The notes below the pieces were generated by a model. The model searched no databases, was not told the DNA's origin, and saw only the letters and a list, made by a program, of their open reading frames with translations. Of a DNA stretch of 64,000 bases, positions 9,389 through 18,402 are shown piece after piece (positions within the stretch are counted from its first letter, which is position 1; each line of letters begins with the position of its first letter). This stretch comes from Thalassomonas sp. RHCl1. Its GTDB lineage: Bacteria > Pseudomonadota > Gammaproteobacteria > Enterobacterales > Alteromonadaceae. The translations under genes and the position numbers were made by a program. The stretch is from the NCBI RefSeq assembly GCF_947387555.1, contig NZ_CANDNZ010000006.1:91482-155481 (forward strand), written 5' to 3'.

Positions 9389-10684
9389 ATGGCTATATCA
9401 AAACTGTTTATTAGAGTTTTATTGTTTTTTATTTTCTGCGGAATAGCACATGCAACCGTGTGCCGTTTGCCTGGCTTAAATGGTTTTAATGAATCACAAA
9501 TTCGCGGTGAAAAATTTATTAGGTCTACGACATCAAATTTAAAAGACGTAAGTCTATACATTGAGTTGACTGAAAATGGGCCATGGTACCACTCAAATTA
9601 CATTACACCAGGATTTGAACACCCTACTAAGATTGGTAGAGAAGATATTTATGATGCACAACGTGCGTACAATAACATTGCCATAACACAGGAAATACTT
9701 GATAAAGATTCAAGTATAATAGGCCGTTTGGAAAAAGCCTATGAAGAAAACTCTACCATTTATGTTGACCAAAGCGTATTAAATTCAGATGGTACTTCTA
9801 AGATTGATTTTGGAAGAGCCAAGAATCTAATCGCGGTTGATGGTAAAACTGGAAAGCAGTTGAGTGAAATAGTAAAGATTGATCGCACTCTAGGCAGGAA
9901 AACATTGCTAACCGGTCGAGCACTTGGGTGTTGTTTTTTTGTTTTTCCTCCTCATTTTTTAAAGACATTAGTTGCTCAATTAAGGTCTAAATTATTTAAT
10001 TCTAAAAATGTTAATATCGTAAGTTTGGTAAAAGATTCTGCTACTGCTAGGGCATTTAAAGAGAGTAAATTTCTGTCTAAAAATGTTAAGCAACCTGACG
10101 GATTAGAAACTAAAGTCGCTCTGAGAAATCAAATCAAGGATAGCCGTGGAAAAACGCTTATTGTAGTTGGGCATGTTGAAGGCAAAAAGTTTGTCACTAG
10201 GGATGAAGCAGGGAACATGGTCTTTGATTATGATGTTGCTGACTTACATACTTTAGCAAAAAAGAACAACGTGCAACTGATCGCGCTTGGATGTGAAACA
10301 GCAAAAAATGTTGATTTGGCTACAACTGGTAGTGGTGTAGTGAAAAAATTTAACACTGTAGATGCTGTATCTAATTTAGAGGCAGCTTTTTCATCTTCGA
10401 AAAACTATGCAGAGTTTTTCGAAAACCTTACTAGTCCTGATCTAATGTTTGTTGCTGGTGAAACGTTTTTATCAAAGTCTCCAGAAGCTATTGCCAAAGT
10501 TTCCATTTTTTCTAGAATTAAAGGTTCTGTAAGTAAAAGAATACAAGTGGGGGCTGCTTATCTTCTTGGGAGGGGGAGCAAAATAAATTTCTCGAAGCCG
10601 ACTAAAATGGTAGCAGGACAAGAGCTAACCGAAAGTGAACGTCTCAAAATAATATTGGAAAAACTTACTGGTGAGACAAGGTAA
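9389..10684 (+). CDS. Secreted protein with a signal peptide and a possible CHAT/caspase-like His-Cys dyad
   Basis: Signal peptide MAISKLFIRVLLFFIFCGIAHA. LIVVGHVEG, and about 45 aa later LIALGCETAK, resembles the CHAT-domain H...LSACET catalytic dyad arrangement. Confidence 0.45.
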   Translation: MAISKLFIRVLLFFIFCGIAHATVCRLPGLNGFNESQIRGEKFIRSTTSNLKDVSLYIELTENGPWYHSNYITPGFEHPTKIGREDIYDAQRAYNNIAITQEILDKDSSIIGRLEKAYEENSTIYVDQSVLNSDGTSKIDFGRAKNLIAVDGKTGKQLSEIVKIDRTLGRKTLLTGRALGCCFFVFPPHFLKTLVAQLRSKLFNSKNVNIVSLVKDSATARAFKESKFLSKNVKQPDGLETKVALRNQIKDSRGKTLIVVGHVEGKKFVTRDEAGNMVFDYDVADLHTLAKKNNVQLIALGCETAKNVDLATTGSGVVKKFNTVDAVSNLEAAFSSSKNYAEFFENLTSPDLMFVAGETFLSKSPEAIAKVSIFSRIKGSVSKRIQVGAAYLLGRGSKINFSKPTKMVAGQELTESERLKIILEKLTGETR

Positions 10685-10687
10685 TTA

Positions 10688-11311
10688 ATGAAAAATTCTC
10701 CTAGTATACTGACCCCTATAAATGAAGCTGTTAATTTTTTAGAACTCATACAACCAGAACATCTTAGCAAGTTCCGAGAAAGCTACCCGGAACTATCTGA
10801 GGAGTTGAAGCCTGGAATAATTGCCGGTTCAGAGGATTATTCTTCTGAGTTTATTAAGGCTAAGGCAAATATTATGCTACATACCCTGGAGAGAGCTATC
10901 AATGCAGTGAAGATAGGTTCTCGCAAGGCTGCACAAAGGATAACTTGGGTTAATCGTATTCGTACTGGGAGCGAAATATTAGTGCTTGTGGGAAGTTCTT
11001 CAGTTCTGGGAACTATTAACCTTGCAAATGAAACACCACACATTTTGGCTGCTGCTATAACATTAATCGCAAGCTGCGGAAGCCTGCTTGCGAAACATAC
11101 ATCAAGAATAACTTCTCCAAAATTAGGTAATATTAATGTCGCATATACTACGCTATCGACTTTAGTCTTTGAAACGAGTGAATTAATAAAGGAATTAAAA
11201 CTTGCTTTGCGCTTTTCACTTCCATTAGAAGATATTTCTGATCTAATATCTCGAGGTAACCAATTGATGGCCCGGGTAAATAAGTGGGACTCTCAAGTAT
11301 TGAAGATCTAG
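10688..11311 (+). CDS. Hypothetical protein, 207 aa (helical)
   Basis: ORF starting 4 nt after the previous stop, so probably translationally coupled to the secreted protein. Confidence 0.4.
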   Translation: MKNSPSILTPINEAVNFLELIQPEHLSKFRESYPELSEELKPGIIAGSEDYSSEFIKAKANIMLHTLERAINAVKIGSRKAAQRITWVNRIRTGSEILVLVGSSSVLGTINLANETPHILAAAITLIASCGSLLAKHTSRITSPKLGNINVAYTTLSTLVFETSELIKELKLALRFSLPLEDISDLISRGNQLMARVNKWDSQVLKI

Positions 11312-11524
11312 TTATTTAGTGTTTCATTGATATTGTGAGTTGTGTAAAGAACTTTATTGTTTAAATTTTTAGGTTGGAATTGTATCTTGGCTTTATAGTA
11401 AAGCTCTTTATTTTTTAAAGCTCTGAATTTTATAGTCACTTAATAGGTGTTATAGAGGAATTGAGTAAAGGACTTTATTGTTCTCCTACATTACTTGTGG
11501 GTGAGTAATAAAGTATCATACTGA

Positions 11525-11571
11525 AAACGCCCTGCTTTACTCAAAATATGAGTAAAGCAGGGCGTTTTTTA
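11525..11571 (+). terminator. Rho-independent terminator
   Basis: Stem AAACGCCCTGCTTTACTCA, a 6-nt loop, then TGAGTAAAGCAGGGCGTTT followed by a T-run. Confidence 0.6.
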
Positions 11572-11611
11572 TGGCATCGAAAAAAGTCAGTTTACTATTG
11601 TGTGATTATAG

Positions 11612-12805
11612 ATGTTTCTCCGTCTGTCTTTGGCTATAGTTAAACGCTCAACGTTAGTTTTAAAAGGATTTAAAATGACCAGCCCTTCTGTTCAAGAAAA
11701 AGCTATAGAGATTTGCTTTCCGGAAAACAATGCCTTTGCATTGCCGTGCGATCCTAATAACCCTGACGAAATTGCCTGCTTTCGAAAAGATAATCCACAT
11801 ATTAAAAGCACTGTTATTCCTCCAGGTACACCGTATATTCTTCGAAGGGAGTTCGGTGAAAATCCCCAGCCCTGGCAGGAGTTGAGGCCTGATCTCTCTG
11901 ATACCTTTACCCGGCTGAATAATCTGGATGCCGAAACCAGACGTAATATTGCCAATATGAACAAGTCCTTTGGCAGTGAATTATTGGTTGCCTTGTCTGA
12001 ATTCCATCGTGTTGAAATTGCTCCTTTGGTGTTAAGAACTAAAGAATACGCAAAGGATAAGGTATGGAAAACAGTGAATAAGGAGTCTGGCGGTTTGGTT
12101 GGAGCCGGTGTAGGGGCATTGGATAATCGTTTAACCAACTTTAATAAGGCGGTTCTGGAGAGTCAGCGTGCACTGGAAGAAGTACGTAAAGGCTATCAGG
12201 CTAAAATCCCCAAGCTGGAGCTATATAAATTAGAGCAGACCGCTAGAGAGTTGTTGCGTGAAATGAAATATAACTTTCAGGCTGAGCTGACTAAATATAT
12301 GGGCAATGCCAGGGCAAGTGCCAGAGGTACTGTATGGAGCAATCCGGATCGTGCCATAGCTATTGCCAAGAGCGGTCGAACAGCTACTCCTATTCAATTA
12401 TCAAACGCTAAAGAAATGCAAAGGGTTAAGGAATTTGGCATGGTGGGGAAGTTGGCCGGTCCAGGGCTGTTGATACTTGATATTGGAGTTAGAGTTGGCA
12501 ATGTGCATGTAGATCAGATGTCGGGACTAGATTGGCAAAGACGGGCTGTTGTTGAGACTACGGGATTAGGAACTGCCGGCTTTTTGGGAACTGCAGGTGC
12601 ATATGCCGGTGGTGCTGCAGGTACCGCAGCGATTAGTGCTCTTAATGTTGCTTTATTGGCAACACCTGTGGGATGGTGTGTAGTTATCGGTTCGGGCCTG
12701 GCTTTGGGGTATTTGGCTGCTAAAGGAGGTGATACGGCTGGCCAGTGGCTCGCCGGGTTGTTTTATGATGCCAGTGCAAGTATCAAATGGAACCGCTTGT
12801 TTTAA
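11612..12805 (+). CDS. Toxin-like protein with a C-terminal Gly/Ala-rich glycine-zipper membrane domain (putative pore-forming or polymorphic toxin)
   Basis: C-terminus TTGLGTAGFLGTAGAYAGGAAGTAAISALNVALLATPVGWCVVIGSGLALGYLAAKGG has repeated GxxxG/A motifs. A small 2-TM protein gene follows 14 nt later. The gene sits in a duplicated cassette. Confidence 0.55.
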   Translation: MFLRLSLAIVKRSTLVLKGFKMTSPSVQEKAIEICFPENNAFALPCDPNNPDEIACFRKDNPHIKSTVIPPGTPYILRREFGENPQPWQELRPDLSDTFTRLNNLDAETRRNIANMNKSFGSELLVALSEFHRVEIAPLVLRTKEYAKDKVWKTVNKESGGLVGAGVGALDNRLTNFNKAVLESQRALEEVRKGYQAKIPKLELYKLEQTARELLREMKYNFQAELTKYMGNARASARGTVWSNPDRAIAIAKSGRTATPIQLSNAKEMQRVKEFGMVGKLAGPGLLILDIGVRVGNVHVDQMSGLDWQRRAVVETTGLGTAGFLGTAGAYAGGAAGTAAISALNVALLATPVGWCVVIGSGLALGYLAAKGGDTAGQWLAGLFYDASASIKWNRLF

Positions 12806-12819
12806 TTTGAGGCTTTAGC

Positions 12820-13170
12820 ATGATTGAGATTACTACAGAGCTATTGTTTGCCATCATTTTTGCACTATCAATTTTTGTGGCGGGGATTGCTACTTTTTGT
12901 TTTATCCGGATTTCCGGTAAGCATATCGAACGGGAAATGAAGAAGGAAGGAAAGGTACCGCCGGGGTGGGATTCAACTATGGGATTCAGATATGGGCTTT
13001 ATGCCATAACTATTGTTCGTAACTCCATAGGGCCCATGTCATTTGTTGATGATGAAGCTGTGTTGCGCCATGCCCGTAAAAAAGACAGATTTTTAGCGTT
13101 GTTTTTGGTGATTTCTACGATTGTGTTGATGGTTGTAGGTTGCCTGGTTTATTTTTTATATGCGTCCTAG
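12820..13170 (+). CDS. Small 2-TM membrane protein, putative cognate immunity protein
   Basis: 116 aa with hydrophobic N- and C-terminal helices. It lies immediately downstream of the toxin-like gene. An intact paralogue (about 70% identical by eye) sits at 13957-14310. Confidence 0.5.
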   Translation: MIEITTELLFAIIFALSIFVAGIATFCFIRISGKHIEREMKKEGKVPPGWDSTMGFRYGLYAITIVRNSIGPMSFVDDEAVLRHARKKDRFLALFLVISTIVLMVVGCLVYFLYAS

Positions 13171-13383
13171 TTTGGAATTTTTATTCGAATACGAAGACAT
13201 ACATGCCATTTTCAGTATGAAACTTTATTTTTAAAGCCTGGAAAAACTCAACAGAAGAATGGGCCTTGTGAGTAATAAAGTATCATATTAAAAAAGTCAG
13301 TTCACTATTGCGTGATTATAGATGCTTCTCCGCCTGTTTTTGGCTACAGTTAAACGCTCACGTTAATTTTAAAAGGATTTAAA

Positions 13384-13940
13384 ATGACCAGCCCCTCAGT
13401 TCAAGAAAAAGCGATAGATATCTGCTTTCCGGACAATAATGCCAATGCCTTTGCATTACCGTGTGATCACAATAACCCCGATGAGATTGCCTGTTTTCAC
13501 CGAGATAATCCGCATATCAAAAATACCGTTATTCCACCGGGGACGCCTTATATTTTCCGAACGAGGCTGGCGAGAACCCTCGTCCCTGGCAAGAGCTGAG
13601 GCCTGATCTATCCAGTACCTTTACACAGTTGAATAACCTACCTGCGGAAACCAGGCGCAATATTGCAAATATGAATCAGGCCTTTGGCAGCGAGCTGCTT
13701 GTTGCCTTGTCGGAATTTCATCGTGTTGAAATAGCTCCTTTGGTGTTAAAGGCAAAAGAGTACAGCGAGAATAGGATATTAAAAACACTAAATAAGGAAT
13801 CTGGTGGGTTGGTGTATTGTCATAGGTTCGGCAGTAGCCCTGGGATATTTTTCAGCTAAAGCCGGTGATTCGGCGGGACAATTTTTTGCCGGAATATTTT
13901 ATGATGCTAGTGCAAATATTAATTGGAATCGTTTGTTCTA
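13384..13940 (+). pseudogene. Degraded paralogue of the 11612-12805 toxin-like gene, with a frameshift after about codon 57 and a roughly 180-codon internal deletion
   Basis: N-terminus MTSPSVQEKAIDICFP... matches copy 1 and then shifts frame (ENPRPWQELRPDLSSTF in another frame). KESGGLV is fused directly to GWCIVIGSAVALGYFSAKAGDSAGQFFAGIFYDASANINWNRLF*. The roughly 120-bp upstream leader is also duplicated (13269-13383 matches 11574-11690). Confidence 0.7.
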
Positions 13941-13956
13941 ATTTGAGGTTTTATGA

Positions 13957-14310
13957 ATGATTGAAATCACAACTGAGCTAGGGTTTGCCATTTCTTTTGC
14001 TTTATCACTGTTTGCAATGGCTATTGCTACTTTTTGTTTTATCAGAATATCAGGAAAACACATTGAAAGGGAAATGAAGAAAGAGGGGAAGCTACCCCCT
14101 GGGTGGGATTCAACTATGGGGCTTAGGTACGGATTTTATGCAATAACTATTGTACGTAACTCAATAGCACCCATGTCATTTGTTGATGATGATGCAGTGT
14201 TGCGTTTTACTCGAAAAAAAGATCGTTACCTTGCTTATTTCTTTGTCATTACGTCGGCTATATTTTTGCTGATTATTTTTACTGCTTACTTGTTCTTTGA
14301 TTTAGAGTAG
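13957..14310 (+). CDS. Paralogous small 2-TM immunity-like protein, intact (an orphan immunity gene after the degraded toxin)
   Basis: 117 aa, MIEITTEL...FCFIRISGKHIEREMKKEGK.PPGWDSTMG.RYG.YAITIVRNSI.PMSFVDD.AVLR, nearly colinear with the 12820-13170 protein. Confidence 0.55.
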   Translation: MIEITTELGFAISFALSLFAMAIATFCFIRISGKHIEREMKKEGKLPPGWDSTMGLRYGFYAITIVRNSIAPMSFVDDDAVLRFTRKKDRYLAYFFVITSAIFLLIIFTAYLFFDLE

Positions 14311-14346
14311 GAAAAAGGTTTATGTCTTTATTTATATCTACAAGAT

Positions 14347-14430
14347 ATGCCTTATCTTTTGCGTAAAAATATTGATGGTAACTGCCGATCTTGGCAAGAA
14401 TTAAGGCCAGAGCAATCTAATCCCCTTTAA
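14347..14430 (+). pseudogene. Third short remnant of the toxin-like gene
   Basis: Encodes MPYLLRKNIDGNCRSWQELRPEQSNPL*, which matches PYILRREFGENPQPWQELRPDLSDTF from residues 75-100 of the 397-aa toxin. Confidence 0.4.
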
Positions 14431-14706
14431 TTAGCAATCAGGTTTTTATTGAGCCTTGACCAATTAAATGACCCGTTGTAAAGCTTTACTTTTCAACCTA
14501 TTAGATGGTGTTCGCTAGTTGTAAACCTTAAGGGCCACTTTCCAAATTACCAACAAAATAAAACACCAGGCTACTGTTGATTTATCCATCTTTCTAGTCT
14601 TTGCTTATGAGTGCTTACAGCAACCCCTGTAACATAAGCCGCACCCCCTGAGTGCATCAACCACTCAGGAGGTGCTAACCAAAACGAACTACACTAGGAG
14701 TCCGTC

Positions 14707-14991
14707 ATGGCTGAATATCATCATACGTCAGAGCCACGCCCGGCAAAAGCAAAATATCCCACCAGCCGCCAGCTCACGGTGCTGGAAACCGCTTGCCAAA
14801 CAAGTCTTAAGCCCAGGGGCATAGGTGTTAATTATGTGCCGGTCAAGCTGGAGCCTTGTATTGTCCTGAGGGGGAAATGGTTGAAGCAGGCCGGTTTTAC
14901 TATCGGTGAAAAGATCACGGTAACTGCTCTTGGGAGGCAATTAGTGATCCAACCCGCCCAGGTTTTACCTGACTCGGCAGATAAGCGATAA
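14707..14991 (+). CDS. symE: SymE-family type I toxin (AbrB/MazE-fold, SOS-induced endoribonuclease-like)
   Basis: RQLTV...VKLEPCIVLRGKWLKQAGFTIGEKITVTALGRQLVIQPAQ parallels E. coli SymE NRQLTV...[33 protein letters not shown]. A terminator follows. Confidence 0.65.
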   Translation: MAEYHHTSEPRPAKAKYPTSRQLTVLETACQTSLKPRGIGVNYVPVKLEPCIVLRGKWLKQAGFTIGEKITVTALGRQLVIQPAQVLPDSADKR

Positions 14992-15003
14992 GGCATCAAC
15001 CAG

Positions 15004-15038
15004 GCTGCTGCACCTGAAGTTGGTGCAGCACTTTTTTT
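15004..15038 (+). terminator. Rho-independent terminator after the symE-like gene
   Basis: GCTGCTGCACC, loop TGAAGT, TGGTGCAGCAC, then TTTTTTT. Confidence 0.6.
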
Positions 15039-15467
15039 GGCATGTTTTTGCCGTTAACTTTATTGGCGGGATGGAAAATATAGCTGCCATTGTTACTTTA
15101 TTGTTATTTTCACACTCTTCACTTTAAAAGCGGTGCAAAATTTAGTATAAAACTTGTGCTCATTTTATATACAAGGACTGTATTACTGTGGCCCATTCCC
15201 TTTTTGTTATTTTTATCGCTTGCTTTATTGCTGATCTTTACGCCACAGCTCACTCTTTTTTAAGGCTTTTTGCTTACGGCAATAAAGATCCTAAAACCGT
15301 GGATATCACTCCGGACTTTGCCCGTTATCGCGCCGGGGTTAGCCGGGACATCAGCCATCACAGTACATAGTTATTTTAAAGACCTGTGAAGCTCTTGTTT
15401 GTATCTATGTCAGCAGCTGCCATTCAGTGCCGGTTAAGCAAGAGCTCATACTTTATTTACTCACTAA

Positions 15468-16394
15468 ATGAACATCTCAATGGAGGAGAATACAATGAAT
15501 GATATAAACACAACGCTTACCGCGCCTGCACTACCCGGTATCAAAAAAAGGAATGAAATTTTTGATTTTTTATTTTATGACATAGGTTCACTCTCAGCAG
15601 AAGAGAAAAAGAACCTGTCACCCATGGAAAATCACGAAGGCTCAATTATTGTGGTATCGCCTAAAGCAGCAAACAAAGAAATACTGGAGTTTGCCACAGC
15701 TGCCGACTTTATCAAGGCTGCTCCCCGTGAGGTAAAAGCCTTGGTGGTTGCCGGTGTTGGCAGCTCGGTTATTGGCACCGCATCTCTGGCACGTAATGTC
15801 GCAAATACCTACAACATTGCAGTGGCGGGTATTGTTTCCGGATACGGCGCCGCCGATCTGATTTCAGAAGCCTTGGGTGGCTGGTTTTTCTATGGTGCGG
15901 CTGATAAACACCGGCTTAAAATGAGAGAGTCGATGGGAGACTTCAGTTCAATGTTTACTGCGAATCCATTTTTCCAGTCAATGCTGCAAGCTGTACCGCA
16001 GGCTACAGAGCATGATGGAAAAAATACCGATATTGGGGCATTAAATGAAATATTGGCAGCCAAATCCATCGATCTATCGCTTATTGTCGGACACAGCAAA
16101 GGCAACCTGTTGATAGATTATGCTTTAGAGAAATTAGCCAAAAAATTTGCCGACACTGGTCACAGGTATTACGACGCATTGCGTATCGTGTCATTAGGAG
16201 CCGTGACCAATTTTCCTCCGCAATTTACCAATGTCTACCAGTTCCTCGGCGGTATTGACTGGTTTGGCGGACTAAATTCCCGCCTGGGGCTGGAGCATAC
16301 AAAAGTGCCGAGTGCATGGCATCATTTAAACACTGAACTCCCCTATCACATTTCGATCGAATCGCTGTTAAAAGAAAATGTTGCCCTTAGCTAA
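15468..16394 (+). CDS. Alpha/beta-hydrolase-like protein (putative lipase/esterase) with GHSKG nucleophile elbow
   Basis: GxSxG pentapeptide VGHSKGNLL, preceded by a Gly-rich VVAGVGSSVIGTASLA segment. 308 aa. Confidence 0.45.
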   Translation: MNISMEENTMNDINTTLTAPALPGIKKRNEIFDFLFYDIGSLSAEEKKNLSPMENHEGSIIVVSPKAANKEILEFATAADFIKAAPREVKALVVAGVGSSVIGTASLARNVANTYNIAVAGIVSGYGAADLISEALGGWFFYGAADKHRLKMRESMGDFSSMFTANPFFQSMLQAVPQATEHDGKNTDIGALNEILAAKSIDLSLIVGHSKGNLLIDYALEKLAKKFADTGHRYYDALRIVSLGAVTNFPPQFTNVYQFLGGIDWFGGLNSRLGLEHTKVPSAWHHLNTELPYHISIESLLKENVALS

Positions 16395-16708
16395 CTACTA
16401 GTTTTGGCGGAAATATCTGGCGATAAGGTATCACTTTAAAGCTTATGTTGATAAGCCCGGTTGAGAAACCGGGTTTATTCCGGCTTACCCTGTAGTCTTT
16501 GCCTCTGGCGATAGTCCCTCCAGTTCTTAAGGTATTAGGGAAAACCCTGGAGGAATTGGCTTAAGTGCCTGAATTTTATATGTCTTCACCGTTTCTTCAC
16601 TTTAATTCATCAAGATTTCACCGAGTTTAAGCCGCCAGATACTGCATTAAATATCGGTTCTGATAACGTATAACCACAAGTTAACATCACCTAAAACCCG
16701 GGCATTTT

Positions 16709-17950
16709 ATGATAAAAATAATAACCTTAATATTCGCCTTTTTGAGCGTCTTGTTCTCAAAGCTGGCGGCAAGTGAACAAGCTTTACAGACACAGCCGAT
16801 AATCAGCGGCTATCAATACCAGCACTCTTCCAAGCTGCTTGCTCAAGACCGGCGCTATATGGTGTCCCTGCCGGAACGCTACCATATGAGTAACCGCCAC
16901 TACGCCAGTTTGTATGTGATAGATGCCGACTTTCAGTTTCAGCATGTCTCCGCCGTGGTGAAAAACCTGGCCCGTATGGGCAAGTTACCGCCCTTGATAG
17001 TGATCGGTATCGCCAATCAGGGCAGTGATGACTATCTTAAAACCACGACCTGGCCCGACCCCAAAGATGAAGCATTTGGCGGTGCCGAGCAGTTTCATGC
17101 GTACCTTAAACAGGAGTTGGTGCCGTTAATCGACAGCCAATTCCGCACTAAGGGTCAAAAAGCCTTGTCGGGTTATTCACTGGGGGGCTTGTTTACCCTG
17201 TACAGCATGATGCAGCCGGATACGCCTTTTAATGCCTTTTTGGCGATGAGCCCCAGCGCCTGGTTTGACGGCAACAGTTTACCGGGCAAGCTAGAGCCTT
17301 TGCTTAAACAAGGTAAGCTGACTGCACCTGTGTTTATTTCCCTGGCCAGGGAAGAGGGCATGGGGGTTGATAAAGTGGTCGAGGTTTTTGAACAGTCGGC
17401 ACCTGCTGCCCTGAAATGGCAATATAAGCACTACCCGGAAGAAAATCATTTCACCACCGCCTTACCCGCCCTTTATGACGGCCTGCAATTTCTTGCCCCT
17501 GATTATGCTATTGACGGTACCGACATGCTGGCCATAGGCGATTATCATCAGGTCTTGGCGCATTTTAAGGAGCAGCAGAAAAACTGGGCCGGATTCAGGT
17601 TTGAATGGCTGCATGCCTATCAATTTGCCAAATACATGTTCTGGTCAAAACAGTTGGATCAGGTTGACGGTGCCTTACAGGCAATAGGCAAGCAGTTTCC
17701 AGAATCCCTCACCGGGGTAACGATTCAGCTGGCCAATGGCTTTAATAAAAGAAAAGATTTTGAGCGTGTCGCACAGCTTTTGGCAAGAGTGAAAGCCGAC
17801 GGCGAAACCTTGCCCGGCTGGCATAAGCAAATGAGCGTTTATTATCAGGCCATGAATAAACCCGAACTGGCCAGGCAGCACCAACAACAAGCCTTGAAGC
17901 TGGCACAGCAATATCAGCTGGAAAGCTGGGAAGTCTGGGAGCTGAAATAG
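16709..17950 (+). CDS. Secreted esterase (putative esterase / enterochelin-esterase-like family) with a C-terminal helical TPR-like extension
   Basis: Signal peptide MIKIITLIFAFLSVLFSKLAA. Nucleophile motif LSGYSLGGLFTLY, typical of Fes/IroE-like esterases. YVIDADFQF...IVIGIAN resembles the family core. Confidence 0.65.
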   Translation: MIKIITLIFAFLSVLFSKLAASEQALQTQPIISGYQYQHSSKLLAQDRRYMVSLPERYHMSNRHYASLYVIDADFQFQHVSAVVKNLARMGKLPPLIVIGIANQGSDDYLKTTTWPDPKDEAFGGAEQFHAYLKQELVPLIDSQFRTKGQKALSGYSLGGLFTLYSMMQPDTPFNAFLAMSPSAWFDGNSLPGKLEPLLKQGKLTAPVFISLAREEGMGVDKVVEVFEQSAPAALKWQYKHYPEENHFTTALPALYDGLQFLAPDYAIDGTDMLAIGDYHQVLAHFKEQQKNWAGFRFEWLHAYQFAKYMFWSKQLDQVDGALQAIGKQFPESLTGVTIQLANGFNKRKDFERVAQLLARVKADGETLPGWHKQMSVYYQAMNKPELARQHQQQALKLAQQYQLESWEVWELK

Positions 17951-18402
17951 CGTTTTATTTAGGAGCCCGGCAATTTAGTGCTACTTATCTGAATAATAAA
18001 GCCGCTTGTCATGCTACTGAGTTCAATCGGGTGCATTTAAATCTTCTTCAGATGCGTCCGTCTAATCCGCGGGGCTGTTGCTTTTTCAATATGAGACTCG
18101 CAGTATGTAATGGGCAGCAGCTTTTCCCCCCGGCTCTCTTTTTTTCATCGTCGATAGCCACATCTGATAGCCGGATTAGGACCGATGAGCCAGGGCCAAA
18201 AAGTTTAAATTGTGCAACATATGGCGAAAATAATATAACAGCTAAATACGTTATGGCGTATATACTAGTTCCCTGAAAATAAACAAGTCGGCTATTATCA
18301 GCAAACTCGCTAGCTACTTGTATGTGCGGCCGGTGAAAAAGAGCCTTGAAGTTTTCTTTTAAACCGGTACGGTAACAAGCTTACACCTTATTAGGGGATT
18401 AA

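Noticed and set aside
15188-15370. 60-aa ORF upstream of the alpha/beta hydrolase
   Set aside because: It is too short and has no RBS. It may be a leader, but there is no evidence for a gene.
18031-18276. 81-aa ORF in the esterase-cop intergenic region
   Set aside because: It has no RBS and an odd composition, and it probably lies in promoter or regulatory DNA of the cop operon.
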